From: Heteronotia binoei
Lineage: Eukaryota
Direction: 5' to 3'
Assembly (NCBI RefSeq): GCF_032191835.1
Contig: NC_083237.1
Span: 682,001 to 746,000 of the forward strand
DNA: 64,000 nucleotides
Shown here: positions 21,148 to 36,915 of the stretch, piece by piece
How the letters are laid out: each line of letters begins with the position of its first letter
Numbering within the stretch: the stretch's first letter is position 1
Notes under the pieces: model-generated
What the model was told of the DNA's origin: nothing
Seen by the model: only the letters and a program-made list of their open reading frames with translations
The model's database searches: none
Translations under genes and position numbers: made by a program

Positions 21148-22704
21148 CTCCGCATCGCTTTGCCCGGGACCCCGGAGGAGAGGGAGAGCCGCTGCCTGGC
21201 TGGAGAGGGAGGGCCCACCTTGAAGAGACCAGTGGGGGGGAGGGGGAGGCGGACCCAGGAGAAGGCAGTTGGGTATGTGTTGTGGGGGGGGGGGGAATAA
21301 CCCAGTGGTGGAGCCGCTGCTTGGCAGGCAGAAAGACCCACCTCCAACTCCGGCCACCAGCAGCAGCCTCTCGGCTCCCAAGGGCCAGGCGGGAGGTGAT
21401 GGGAAAGACCTTTTCCCGCCTGGAGAGCGAGCGGCTGCAGTGCCGGCCTTAGTGGAGGACAAGCCGGGCCTTGCGGGACCGCCGAGGCCCTGAGCGCGGA
21501 GAAGGCGGCTCCTTGTGCTCTGAGGAAGGCAAGACGGTCCAGAGAGGCAAGGAGTCCATCTGCGCGGCTTCTGGGGAGCAGCTGGCCGGCGGGCGGGGCT
21601 TCCTCGCCCAGCGGGGGGGGGGCGGAGGGGAGGGGGTCGTCTCCCTCAGGGCTCCCGGACTGGCAGGTGCCCAGGGACCGAGCGCAGGGCCTAGTCGTGT
21701 GGCGTCCTCTGCAGGTGGCGCCGCGAAGGCTTTTGGACTCTCGGATCTGTTGTTGCTCGCGGCTTCCTGGGCGTCAGAAGAGGGCCCGGCGGAGGGGGTG
21801 AGAAGGGGGGGCTGGGGGGGGCTGCTGGGGCGGGCTCAGAGCAGCTGCTCCTGCCTCTCGCAGGCGGCCTGGGGGCGGGAAGGCCGAGGAAGGGCCCGGG
21901 AATGAAGAGAGGTTATTCTTAGAAGGCGGTGGGGGAGGCAGCCGCGCTTATCGGCGAGGGCCAGACGGAGCTGTGGGGCAGGGAGGGGAAGGCCCGCGGA
22001 CCCTGGGTGTCTGGCAGGGTTGCCAACAGGCCTGGAGCAAAAGGCCCTGCCCCTTGGGGGCCACAGTGGGAGGGCTTCCGGTGCCCTGGCCCCTGGGTGA
22101 CACCGAGGGTTGGACTGGAGGGGCCACTGGCCTGACCCAACAGGGCTTCCCTTCTGTTCTTCAGCCGAGGGTGCCTGGTGCCTGGGACCAGGCAGGTGAA
22201 GCTCTCCGCAACCGGGGGGCAGAGGCCGCCCCCTCCCGGTGAAGTTTCGGCAACAGGGGCAGGGGGGCTTTTGCTCCAGGCCAGCTGGAGGGTGGAGGGG
22301 CTGCCGGGGCTCTTTTCTGCCTGGGGAAGGGGGGGAGCTGGCCCAAGCGGCGGTGGCTGGTGGCACAGACTGGAGGCTGGACTCGCCCCCCCAAGGGACA
22401 AAGAACGAGGGGCTGGTGCCTGGAGGAGGAAATGGGGCCTGCGGGCTGCAGGGGGCGGGGAAGGGGAGCCAGGTCTAGGGAAGGGGCCTGAGGCCCTGGG
22501 GCAGCGTGCCAGGGCGCTTCGGGATACTTTCCCTTCCCGGCTGCAGAAACCTCCCCGGCATCCGGATGCTGGATGTGCCCCTGGGCGGGCTGTGAAAGCG
22601 AACACCTCCTGGGGGGGGAGGGGGAGGGACCCCCTGGGCCCTCCTCAAAATAGCCTCCCGCAGAAGACGGCCAGACCTCAGCCCGGGAGGGAGGGAGGGA
22701 CGCC

Positions 22705-27559
<4,855 letters not shown>

Positions 27560-27779
27560 GCAGAGGGCAGCGGCCTCCCCTCCCCTCCCCTCCCAGAAGA
27601 GCTTCCCAAACCTGGCCAGCCCAAGCATGCAGCGACTCAGCAAGGCTGCCAAGGGCTGGTGCCCCCCTCACCGGGTCCCACAGAAGAGGCGCTGTGACCC
27701 CAGCCTGCCCGCTTCGGCCTCCGCCCCCGGATCCTCCTGCGACCTTGTCTCTCGTCTGCGGGGCCCCTCACCCCTCCTG

Positions 27780-28480
27780 TTGAACATAGATGAATATGAA
27801 CATCTGAAGCTGCCTTCTACTGAATCAGACCCCACCCCCGTCCATCAAAGCCAGTCTTGTCTACTCAGACTGGCAGCGGCTCTCCAGGGTCTCCAGCTGA
27901 GGTTTTTCATGCCTCTTTGCCTGGACCCTTTTTAGTTGGAGATGCCGGGGATTGAACCTGGGTCCTTCTGCTTACCAAGCACATGTTCTACCTTTGAGCC
28001 ACCATCCCTCCCTTAAAACCAGGTTCAAATGAACATATATGAACACATGAGGCTGCCTTCTACTGAATCAGACCCTCCTTGGTCCATCAAAGTCAGTCTT
28101 GTCTACTCAGACTGGCAGCGGCTCTCCAGCTGAGGTTTTTCATGCTTACTTGCCTGGACCCTTTTTAGTTGGAGATGCCAGGGATTGAACCTGGGTCCTT
28201 CTGCTTACCAAGCACATGTTCTACCTTTGAGCCACCATCCTTCCCTTAAAACCAGGTTCAAATGAACATATATGAACCTACGAAGCTGCCTTCTACTGAA
28301 TCAGAACCCCCCCCCCCCCACGCCCTCAAAGTCAGTATTGTCTGCTCAGACTGGCAGCGGCTCTCCAGGGTCTCAAGCGGATTTTCACGCCTATTTGCCT
28401 GGACCCTTTTTAGTTGCAGGTGCCGGGGATTGAACCTGGGACCTTCTGCTTCCCAAGCACATGTTCTGCCGCAGGGTGGG
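27780..28480 (-). mobile_element. Three head-to-tail copies of a tRNA-derived SINE (Squam2-like, tentative)
   Basis: Units start at about 27780, 28031 and 28263, each reading tgaacata...gctgccttctactgaatcaga...gggattgaacctggg. Confidence 0.85.
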
Positions 28481-29711
28481 CAGAGGTGCTTCAAATCAGG
28501 ATATTCTTCAAATCAGGGTCATCCATTCGAATGGATGACCCTGGTTCCCCAAAGCCCAAGAGGCAGCACTGCAGATTCTCCTCAGCCTCTCTCCCCACCC
28601 CCTTCTTCGGGGCTGGCATGAGGCCTCCCCCTCCCACTCCGCTGGCCTGCAAGGGGGTGGGGGTGGGATTTGGCTGGACTCCCTCCAGAGGGCATCCCAT
28701 TCGCTGCTGGCCCTCCTGAGGCCAGGCAAGGAAATCAGGGAGTGCCAAGACAGGAAGAGACTTTAACTCCCCTCACATGACTGGGTAAACAGGTGCTTGA
28801 GTCACTGTAGAAATGCGGCCCCTGGACAGCATAAAGGAACAGTCTGGCCCCAGAGCCAACCAGAGGGGCAAGATCTTGGACTTGGGCCTGGGTGAGGGCT
28901 GAAGCCTGATACAAAGTGTGGAGGCTGCTGCACTGAAACGGAACCACGACTACGATGGTATTAATCTCAGAACATCTGATCTCAAAAGAGGGAACTTTAT
29001 AGAACTAAGGGGACTAGTTAGAAGGAAGCTAAAAGGGAAACTCAAGATCTAATCCGTAGCGGATGCTTGGAGATTATTTATATATATAAATGTAAACTGT
29101 GATAATTGGCGTGTGTGTGTGCGTGTTTAAAAATGCACTTCAAACCACACTAACGAAAGGCGAGCAGAATACATCCCTCAGTTTAAGAGAGGCGCTGCCA
29201 GGTCTGAAAGGGTGCCTAAATGGTTAACGACCCATGTAGAGGAAGCCCAAAAAAGCAAAAATGGCTTCTTGGCAAACGTGGAAAATCAGCCCCAATGGTG
29301 TGAAGAGAAGTGAGGCCAGTGCAAGCTAATGGTCAGAAAAGAGAATTTGACCAGATTGCCAAAAAAATCAAGGCAAACATTTCTTTAAATAGATCCAAAC
29401 CAGGACTCTTCCCAGAAAAGCTGTTGAGCCTTTGGCTGACCACCAAATAAAAAGGATTGCTGAAGGAAGATGGGGAAACGGCAAAGAAGCTAACGGAATT
29501 CTTTGCATCTGTGTTTACTGGGAAAGTGTGAGGCGCGTACCCAATCTACAGCCAGTATTTTAGGAAGGGAGCCTGAAGAACTAAGTCAAATTAAGGCAGC
29601 AAAATGAAGTCCTAAACCAAAGATTTCAGGTTTTCATGGCTGGTAACATCATTAGGGTTTGTAGAATCTTTCAGGCTCAAGTGCCGTGTTCTACTGGAGA
29701 AAGTTTTTCTT

Positions 29712-29752
29712 CCAGACGTTTCGTTCTCAGCTGCGGAGAACATCCTCAGTGG
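29712..29752 (-). ncRNA. Minimal type I hammerhead ribozyme motif (minus-strand copy)
   Basis: Exact reverse complement of 29953-29993; predicted GUC cleavage between 29715 and 29714. Confidence 0.8.
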
Positions 29753-29952
29753 CGTTGCAGCCGGAGCAGGCGCTCTGACCTTCTTGGCTGCTGTATATTG
29801 AGTGAGGCCAGGGCTGCTGGAGAGCTGCTATTTCTAGGCTGGAGGGGTGTGGTGAAAGGGCAATTGGTTTGTGGATGTGCCCATTATTTGGTGGGGCTTC
29901 CTGGAAGGGTAGTGATAAGGAAACTGGCTGTTGAATGTGACCATATGCAACG

Positions 29953-29993
29953 CCACTGAGGATGTTCTCCGCAGCTGAGAACGAAACGTCTGG
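29953..29993 (+). ncRNA. Minimal type I hammerhead ribozyme motif (plus-strand copy)
   Basis: Stem I CCA/TGG, CTGAGGA 29956-29962, T, stem II GTTCTC/GAGAAC, GAAA 29983-29986, C, GTC 29988-29990. Confidence 0.8.
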
Positions 29994-32377
29994 AAGAAAA
30001 ACTTTCTCCAGTAGAACACGGCACTTGAGCCCGAAAAATTCTACAAACCCTAGGAAGTCCTAAACCGCTCGGAGAAACTAAAAATCAGCAAGTCTCCAGG
30101 TCCTGATTGATGGTGTATACCAGAGTTCCTAAGGAACTCAAGTGAGAGTGTTGATCTACAAACCCACACACGTGACTTGTCGCCAAAATCAGCCTGCACG
30201 CCAGAAGACTGGGGAGTAAAATGTGACACCACTATTGAAAAAGAGGCCCAGATGAGAACCTGGAAATTCCAGCCCAGTTAACCTAATCTCTGTCCCAGGC
30301 AAGTTTGTAGAAACTGTAATCAAAGACAGCCTTGTTAAGCACCTGGAGGGACAAAGCCTGCTGAGGGAAAGGCAGCCTGGCTTCTGCAAAGGGAAGTCCT
30401 GCCTCACCAACCTTTTTGGAGATCTCTGAGAAAGTGAACAGGCATGTATACAACGGTGACCTGGCGGACACTGCATACTTGGACTTTCCAAAGTCTTCTG
30501 ACAAGATCCCTCACTCCTGAGTAAACGTAGCAGTCGAGGGATAGGAGGGTGGGGTCTCTTGTGGGTTTTTAAATTTCACTCCATTTTTACCCTTACTTTC
30601 TCCCCAGTGGGGACCCAAACCAGCCCACATCATTCGCTCCTCACAAGATCCCTAAGGGGTAGGGTTCGGCTGAGAGTATGTGACTGGTACAAGGTCACCA
30701 GGCAGGCCTCCATGGCAAAGTGCAGGCTTGAACTTGGGTCTCCCACACCCTAGTGACACTCGAGGCTCTACCCCATGTGGGACAAAAGATTGGTTAACTG
30801 ACAGGACGCAGAGAGCAGGAGTAAAAAGACCATTCCCCTCCTGAAAGGAAAGGAGGGGAGGGGGGGTTCCCACAAGGATCAGCACTGAGACCGCTGCTAT
30901 TTACATTTGTTCAAAAATGATGTCGCTGGGGGTGAGCAGTTCCGCAGCCAAATTTGTGGATGACGCAAATATTATTCGGGATGGGGAATCCCAAGGCTGA
31001 CTGTGAAGAGCTCCAGGAGGACGCCCACAAATTGGGTCTGGGGGCAGCCATGGGGCAGGAGACATTCCACACTCGAGTGCCAGGTGAGGCACAACTGTGG
31101 GCATGTGCTGAAGGTGGCTGAACTGAGACGCTGGGCTGTAGCGGACACAGTTCAACCCCTGGAATGCAGCAGAGGCAGCCATGCCGGGCGGCGGGGGAGG
31201 GGGGGGGAGGGTGGTTAGGAAAAGGACGGACAATAAATTGGCTGGTGTTGTGACGCCCCTTGTATAGATCTGTGGTGCGGCCTGACACAGAATATTGTGT
31301 GCAATGAGTTCTGGGCACCACACAATTGCAGAGCTGAAAGGCGGCAAAAGAGGGCAACCAGGGGGGGGCAAGGAGAAGGTGACTGCGGGCATCAAGAGAC
31401 GGGCATCACTGTGTGTGTGTGGGGGGGGGGGAGTGTCACTTTCATCCAGACTTCTGGAACAGGAGGGCCCAGAAGAGCCGTCTCCCCTGCCTTTCCCCGC
31501 TGGCCTGCAAACACCCTTCAAGCAGGGCCACCATCTCCTGCCCGCCCAGAAGGTTTCCGTCCTGGCCAGTTGCCCCAACAGGAGAATGTGCAGGCAAGTC
31601 CAGCTCCCCATAGATGTGGCTCTGCTGTGACAATCGATGCCTCTTCTGCCTGAGGCTCGCAGCCCTCCGGCCCTTCAGCAGACACGGCACTCTCCTCTTG
31701 TGTGTGTGTGTGGGGGGGGGGCTGCCCTCCTTCTCCAGGGCCACGCAGCCATGGTCTTTTCTGCACCACCCCAAACCTGCTGGATGTCCCAAGGTCCGGT
31801 CAGAGCGGCCTCCTGCCTTCTTCCCCTTTCTGACACAGCATGACCTGTTCAGAAGGCACAGGGAGGCGTGGTCCTCCGGGGGGAAACAGCAGCGCTGCCA
31901 AGGCAAGAGCTGTAGAGAGGCGCCCTGCCCTCGCCTGCCTCCTCAACGCCCTCCTGTCCAAGCGCTGACCAGGCCTGGCCTGCTCAGTTTCCCCGCAGCC
32001 GGCCAGGCCGAGGCCTCCCCACTTGGGCCTGGTGCCAGCCAGCCGTCCAGTGCAGCCTCTCTGAGCGGAAAGCCCCAACCAGCCCCCACAGAACGACTTC
32101 CAAGCAGACGGCTGGATTCAGACCATGATTGGATTTACTAAGTTAAAAGCCAAGTGGGGGGAAGGGAGGGCCAGCCCCCAACCTGGGGGCCCCACAGAGG
32201 GAGGCGGTCCAGTTGGAGAGGGCACCTGGCCCCCCTTCCCCAGAAAATAAATTATCTCCTCTTCCCCCCCTCCAGTTCTTTCTTCATGATTGGCTAGATG
32301 CAATGACAGACACAGAGGGACACGCGGCCACGGTGGGTGGGCTCCTTGCCCCGCATGCCGCTCCCCGGATCCTGCCC

Positions 32378-34953
32378 TCAGGCACTGAGGAAGAACTTCC
32401 GGTAAAACTTGTTCATCTGTTCCAAGAAGATGAAGGTGAGGACTGTGTGGGGGCCCAGGCGGGCGTAGTAGGGGGTGAAGCCTTTCCACAGGCTGAAGAA
32501 GCCCTCGTAGCGAACCACCTTCACCAGCACGTCCTGCAAAGCCCGGCAGCCAGAGAGAAGCCAGGTGAGCTCAGCCTAGAACAGAGTCCTCTGCCCCCCC
32601 CAAGGGCCCAGTCAAGACCCTCCCCACCCATGAAGCAAGGTTGGGGGCTCCATGCCAGGAGGTCAAGATGGGTGCGGCTGGCACTGCCCTGGGGTGGCCC
32701 TGGCACTTGCGTGCCACCAAGAGGCAGAGTGGTCATACAATTGCTGCTCAAAGGCAAGAGAAGAAAAGAAGATAGAAGAAGATATTGGATTTGTATCCTG
32801 CCCTCCACTCCGAAGAGTCTCAGAGCGGCTCACAATCTCCTTTCCCTTCCTCCCCACGACAGACACCCTGTGAGGTAGATGAAGATATTGGATTTATATC
32901 CCGCCCTCCACTCCGAAGAGTCTCAGAGCGGCTCACAATCTCCTTTCCCTTCCTCCCCACAACAGACACCCTGTGAGGTAGACGAAGATATTGGATTTAT
33001 ATCCCGCCCTCCACTCCAAGGAGTCTCAGAGCAGCTCACAATTTCCTTTTCCTTCCTCCCCCACAACAGACACCCTGTGAGGTAGATGAAGATATTGGAT
33101 TTATATCCCGCCCTCCACTCCAAAGAGTCTCAGAGCGGCTCACAATCTCCTCCCCCCCCCACAACAGACACCCTTTGAGGTAGATGAAGATATTGGATTT
33201 ATATCCCGCCCTCCACTCCGAAGAGTCTCAGAGCGGCTCACAATCTCCTTTACCTTCCTCCCCCACAACAGACACCCTGTGAGGTAGTTGAAGATATTGG
33301 ATTTATATCCCGCCCTCCACTTCGAAGAGTCTCAGAGCGGCTCACAATCTCCTTTCCCTTCCTCCCCCACAACAGACACCCTGTGAGGTGGGTGGGGCTG
33401 AAGAGAGCTCTCACAGCAGCTGCCCTTTCAAGGACAACCTCTGCCAGAGCTCTGGCTGACCCAAGGCCATTCCAGCAGCTGCAAGTGGAGGAGTGGGAAT
33501 CAAACCCGGTTCTCCCAGATAAGAGTCCGCACACTTCACCATTACACCAAACTGGCTTTCCTGATGCGTCTCTGAGCCTCCAAGAAGTCCTGGTCCACCC
33601 CCCCCCAACCGGAGCTCTGGGGTGTCACCCTCCCACTCACCAGTCCATTCCGATACTCCGGCTTCCCGTCGATCATCCGCATGTTCTGAATCCTAGAGGC
33701 ACACAGAAGCCAAGTGAGAGAGGAAGCCAGCTCCCTGCCCAAGGAAGCTGCTTCTTCCGTCGCCCCAAATGCAGGACCCAGGGGAAATGCTGAAGCCCCC
33801 CTCCCCGGCTTTCCAGCACGCCCTCCTCTCTTCCTCCTGCCAGGGCCACCCTCTGCCCAGGCACAGCAGTCCCTGTTCTGTGGCCTTGCCTGGTCTTGGC
33901 GATGTCCACGGGCATGGAGGCAGCTGTCGTCACCAAGCCGCTGATCATGCTGGCGCAGAAGTGGCAGAAGATGTTGTCTCGGAAGTAGCCTGAAAGGAAG
34001 AGAGAGGAGGCCTCGGGCTCAGAGCGAACACAAGCATCTGTGACCCCAGAGAGAAGGGGGGGGGGAGACACCCTGCAGCACGAAGGGGAGCGGAAGGCCA
34101 ACAGAGGCACGCCCCCGGACACCCAGCCTAGGTGCGACACAACTCACCAGAATCCAGTAAGAACTGCTTGGACTGGGAGTAAGAAGCCAGCTGGGCGGCA
34201 TTAACCACCACTGCCCGAGCCATGGTGGGCACACAGCCCTAGGGCAGAAGCAAAGGAGTCAGGGCAGGAAGGCTGCCCACTGTGCCTGCCCCAGAAGGCC
34301 CTTTGGCTCCAAGAGAAGCCCGCCAGGCAGGCCCCAAAGGAACCAGGCAGGAACCCTCTCAGGTAAGTTCCTTTGGGCTCATTCAACTCCTCCCCACAGC
34401 TCCTGCTGGCCTCCAGAAGCCAGAGGCCCTGCTGAGTGAGGGGCTCTGGCCCCAGAGCAGAATCCAAGAATGTGTGTGGTGGGCCCCAGGAGGCGGCTCT
34501 GTCTCTAAGGGGCTTCCTGGGCATAGGCTGCTGCCCCCTCCCTCTCCCCAACGGCTGAGGCCCCCCACTCGCCCTGGGCACCTACTCTCCAGAGCGTGGG
34601 CACCCCCTCCTCACGGGTGATCCTCAGCAGTGCGTTGAAGACGTTGGCATACCCTCTCCTCTGGTCCAGGGGAAGCCTGAAAGGGGGAGAGGGTGAGACT
34701 CTGGGCACAGGCCCAGGCCCCTCCCCCCCTGACCTCGCACCACCCACCTGCCATCAGCCGTCATCCGGATGAGCGCCACCTCGGCTGGCGTGCCCACGAA
34801 GGCCCCCACAGCCCCCGCCGTCATCCCAATCAGGGCCTTGACAAAGAAGTTGGGGGCCGCCCGTCCTCCCCCGTCAGCTTCTCAAAGAGGATGGTGTAGA
34901 TGCCCAGGCGGGTGGTGGTGTAGGTGGCCTGGCGCAGCAGCCCAGCAGACAGC
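32378..34953 (-). CDS. SLC25A11: Mitochondrial 2-oxoglutarate/malate carrier, exons 3-8
   Basis: Exons (plus-strand coordinates): 34748-34953, 34586-34676, 34148-34238, 33890-33989, 33641-33692, 32378-32533. Peptides LSAGLLRQATYTTTRLGIY, GTPAEVALIRMTADGR, SMPVDIAKTRIQNM and PYYARLGPHTVLTFIFLEQM. One missing base in the G run at about 34852. Exons 1-2 are not visible. Confidence 0.96.
32778..33558 (-). repeat. Squam3-like SINE whose tail is amplified as 6 x about 103-bp tandem units
   Basis: gaagatattgg at 32778, 32881, 32984, 33088, 33186 and 33290; the last unit continues into the SINE body and head. Confidence 0.9.
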
Positions 34954-35163
34954 CTGCCAGGAGAGACGGGCAGAGACAGAAGTCAGCCTCACCCCCCTCT
35001 GGCCAGCAGGCAGCTCAAGGGAGCAAAGCAGCTCCTCTGCCACGACTGGCCAATGGGTGAGGTGAGCTTTTGCCCTCTGAGAAGCAACCCTGCCCAAACT
35101 TTGCCCCCCTGGCAAAGGGCAACTGCAGTGAACCAGCACACCCCCCCCACACACACACACGCA

Positions 35164-35263
35164 NNNNNNNNNNNNNNNNNNNNNNNNNNNNNNNNNNNNN
35201 NNNNNNNNNNNNNNNNNNNNNNNNNNNNNNNNNNNNNNNNNNNNNNNNNNNNNNNNNNNNNNN
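35164..35263. other. Assembly gap (100 N)
   Basis: Run of N. Confidence 1.
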
Positions 35264-35499
35264 GGCTCCGCGGCGCTGCCAAGGTCGACTCGGCAGTTTG
35301 AAAACCGGCATTTTTTATTTCGGCTTTTATGAAGAATGATTACCGTTATTTTTAACCCGCCTTTCTCAAGGGAACCTAAGGCGGATTAGCCTTCCAGACT
35401 TACGAGAAGCCCCGAAACACCTGGAGGGAGGGAGAGGCTCTGAGGAGGGGGGCCAGGACTCGCCCTCTGGCTGCCCCACACGCCCCCCCGGGCCTAGCT

Positions 35500-36425
35500 G
35501 AAGGGGGAGGGGAGGAGAGAGAAAGGGAGGAAGAGGGGGGAGGAGAGAAGGGGAGGGGAAGCGGGGAGGGAGAGGAAGGGAGGGGGAGGAGAGAGGAGGG
35601 GGAGGGGAGAGGGGGAAGAGGAGAGAGAAGGGGAGGAAAGCGGGGAGGAGAAGAGAGGGGGAGGAGTAGGAGAGGAAGGAGGGGAGAGAGGAAGAGGAGA
35701 GAGAAGGGGAGGAGTAGGAGAGGAAGGGGGGAGGAGGTGGGAGAGAGGAGGGGAGGAAAGAGGAAGGGGGGAGGAGGAGGAGAGAGGGGAGAAGGAGAGG
35801 GGGGAGAGAGAAGGGGAGGAGTAGGAGAGGAAGGAGGGGGGAGGAGGGGAGAGGGGAAGAGGAGAGAGAAGGGGAGGAGAGGAGGGAAGCGGGGAGGAGG
35901 TGGAGAGAGGAGAGAGAAGGGGAGGAAAGCGGGGAGGAGAGAGGAAGGGAGAAGGGGGGAGGAGGAGGAGAGAGGGAGAGAAGGAGGGGGGAGAGAGAAG
36001 GGGAGGAGTAGGAGAGGAAGGAGGGGAGAGGGGGAAGAGAAGAGAGAAGGGGAGGAGAGAGGAAGGGAGAAGGGGGGAGGAGGAGGAGAGAGGGAGAGAA
36101 GGAGGAGGGGGAGAGAGAAGGGGAGGAGTAGGAGAGGGGGAAGAGGAGAGAGAAGGGGAGGAGAGAGCAAGGGAGAAGGGGGGAGGAGGAGGAGAGGAGG
36201 GGGGAGAGAGAAGGGGAGGAGTAGGAGAGGGGGAAGAGGAGAGAGAAGGGGAGGAGAGGAGGAAAGCGGAGAGGAGAGAGCAAGGGAGAAGGGGGGAGGA
36301 GGAGGAGGAGAGAAGGAGGGGGGAGAGAGAAGGGGAGGAGTAGGAGAGGAAGGAGGGGAGAGGGGGAAGAGAAGAGAGAAGGGGAGGAAAGCGGGGAGGA
36401 GAGAGGAAGGGAGAGGAGGAGGAGG
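35500..36425 (+). repeat. About 0.9-kb polypurine (G/A) low-complexity tract
   Basis: Almost purely G and A on the plus strand, with recurring gagagaaggggaggagtaggagagg units. Confidence 0.95.
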
Positions 36426-36616
36426 GCTCCCACGAGGGAAGGAGGGCGGGCGGGGCTGGCCCGGCCGAGGTCTCCCGGCAGCAGCTGCGGGAGGGAGAAG
36501 GGGGGGCTCGAGGGTCCCTCTCCGCGGCTCCTCCCGCCCCTGGCAGCTCCTCTGAGGGAGGCCCGCCCCCTGCACTTCTGGGCACCGCCCTCTGTCCTCC
36601 CTTCCTTCCTTCGCAG

Positions 36617-36915
36617 GAGCTGAACCTGCGCATCTGGCGAGAGCCTGCCGGGGCTTTGCACACCCGAGGAGGAGGCTGCAGTGGCCTCGCTCCGCCCCCA
36701 GCTAAGCGGCCGCCCGAGAAGCAGGAAGAGCTGGCTTGCTTCGGAGGAGGAGGAGGAGTCTCGCGAGAAGATCTCCCAGCCATGTTGCAGCGCAGGGGGT
36801 TGTAAACAGAAGCCGCCCCCTCCCTGCCCGCCGCCCTGCTGCAAGCCCCCAAGGAGGAGAAGCCGGCTCGGAGGGCCCCTCCCGTGGGGGCGGGCAGAGG
36901 GACCCCCTGGGGGAG
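36617..36915 (+). other. Candidate RNF167 5' UTR exon
   Basis: ttccttccttcgcag| acceptor and gag|gtgagt donor in CpG-rich DNA upstream of the exon that starts at 39842. Confidence 0.35.

Larger units (their letters stand above)
29619..30053 (-). mobile_element. Penelope-like element remnant with 107-bp inverted arms and a 13-bp target-site duplication
   Basis: Arms at 29653-29759 and 29946-30052 (2 mismatches seen). TSD GAAGTCCTAAACC at 29606-29618 and 30054-30066. The CR1 sequence rejoins across the insertion. Confidence 0.85.
28950..31400 (+). mobile_element. Fragmented older CR1 LINE interrupted by a Penelope remnant and a SINE
   Basis: Decayed ORF2 motifs (KISKSPGPD...LKELK, YLDFPKSSDKIPH, SKFVDDANYSG). 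Confidence 0.7.

Noticed and set aside
19100-22700. C17orf107-like gene or other novel ORFs between GP1BA and CHRNE
   Set aside because: Only GC-driven open frames with no recognisable domain or exon chain.
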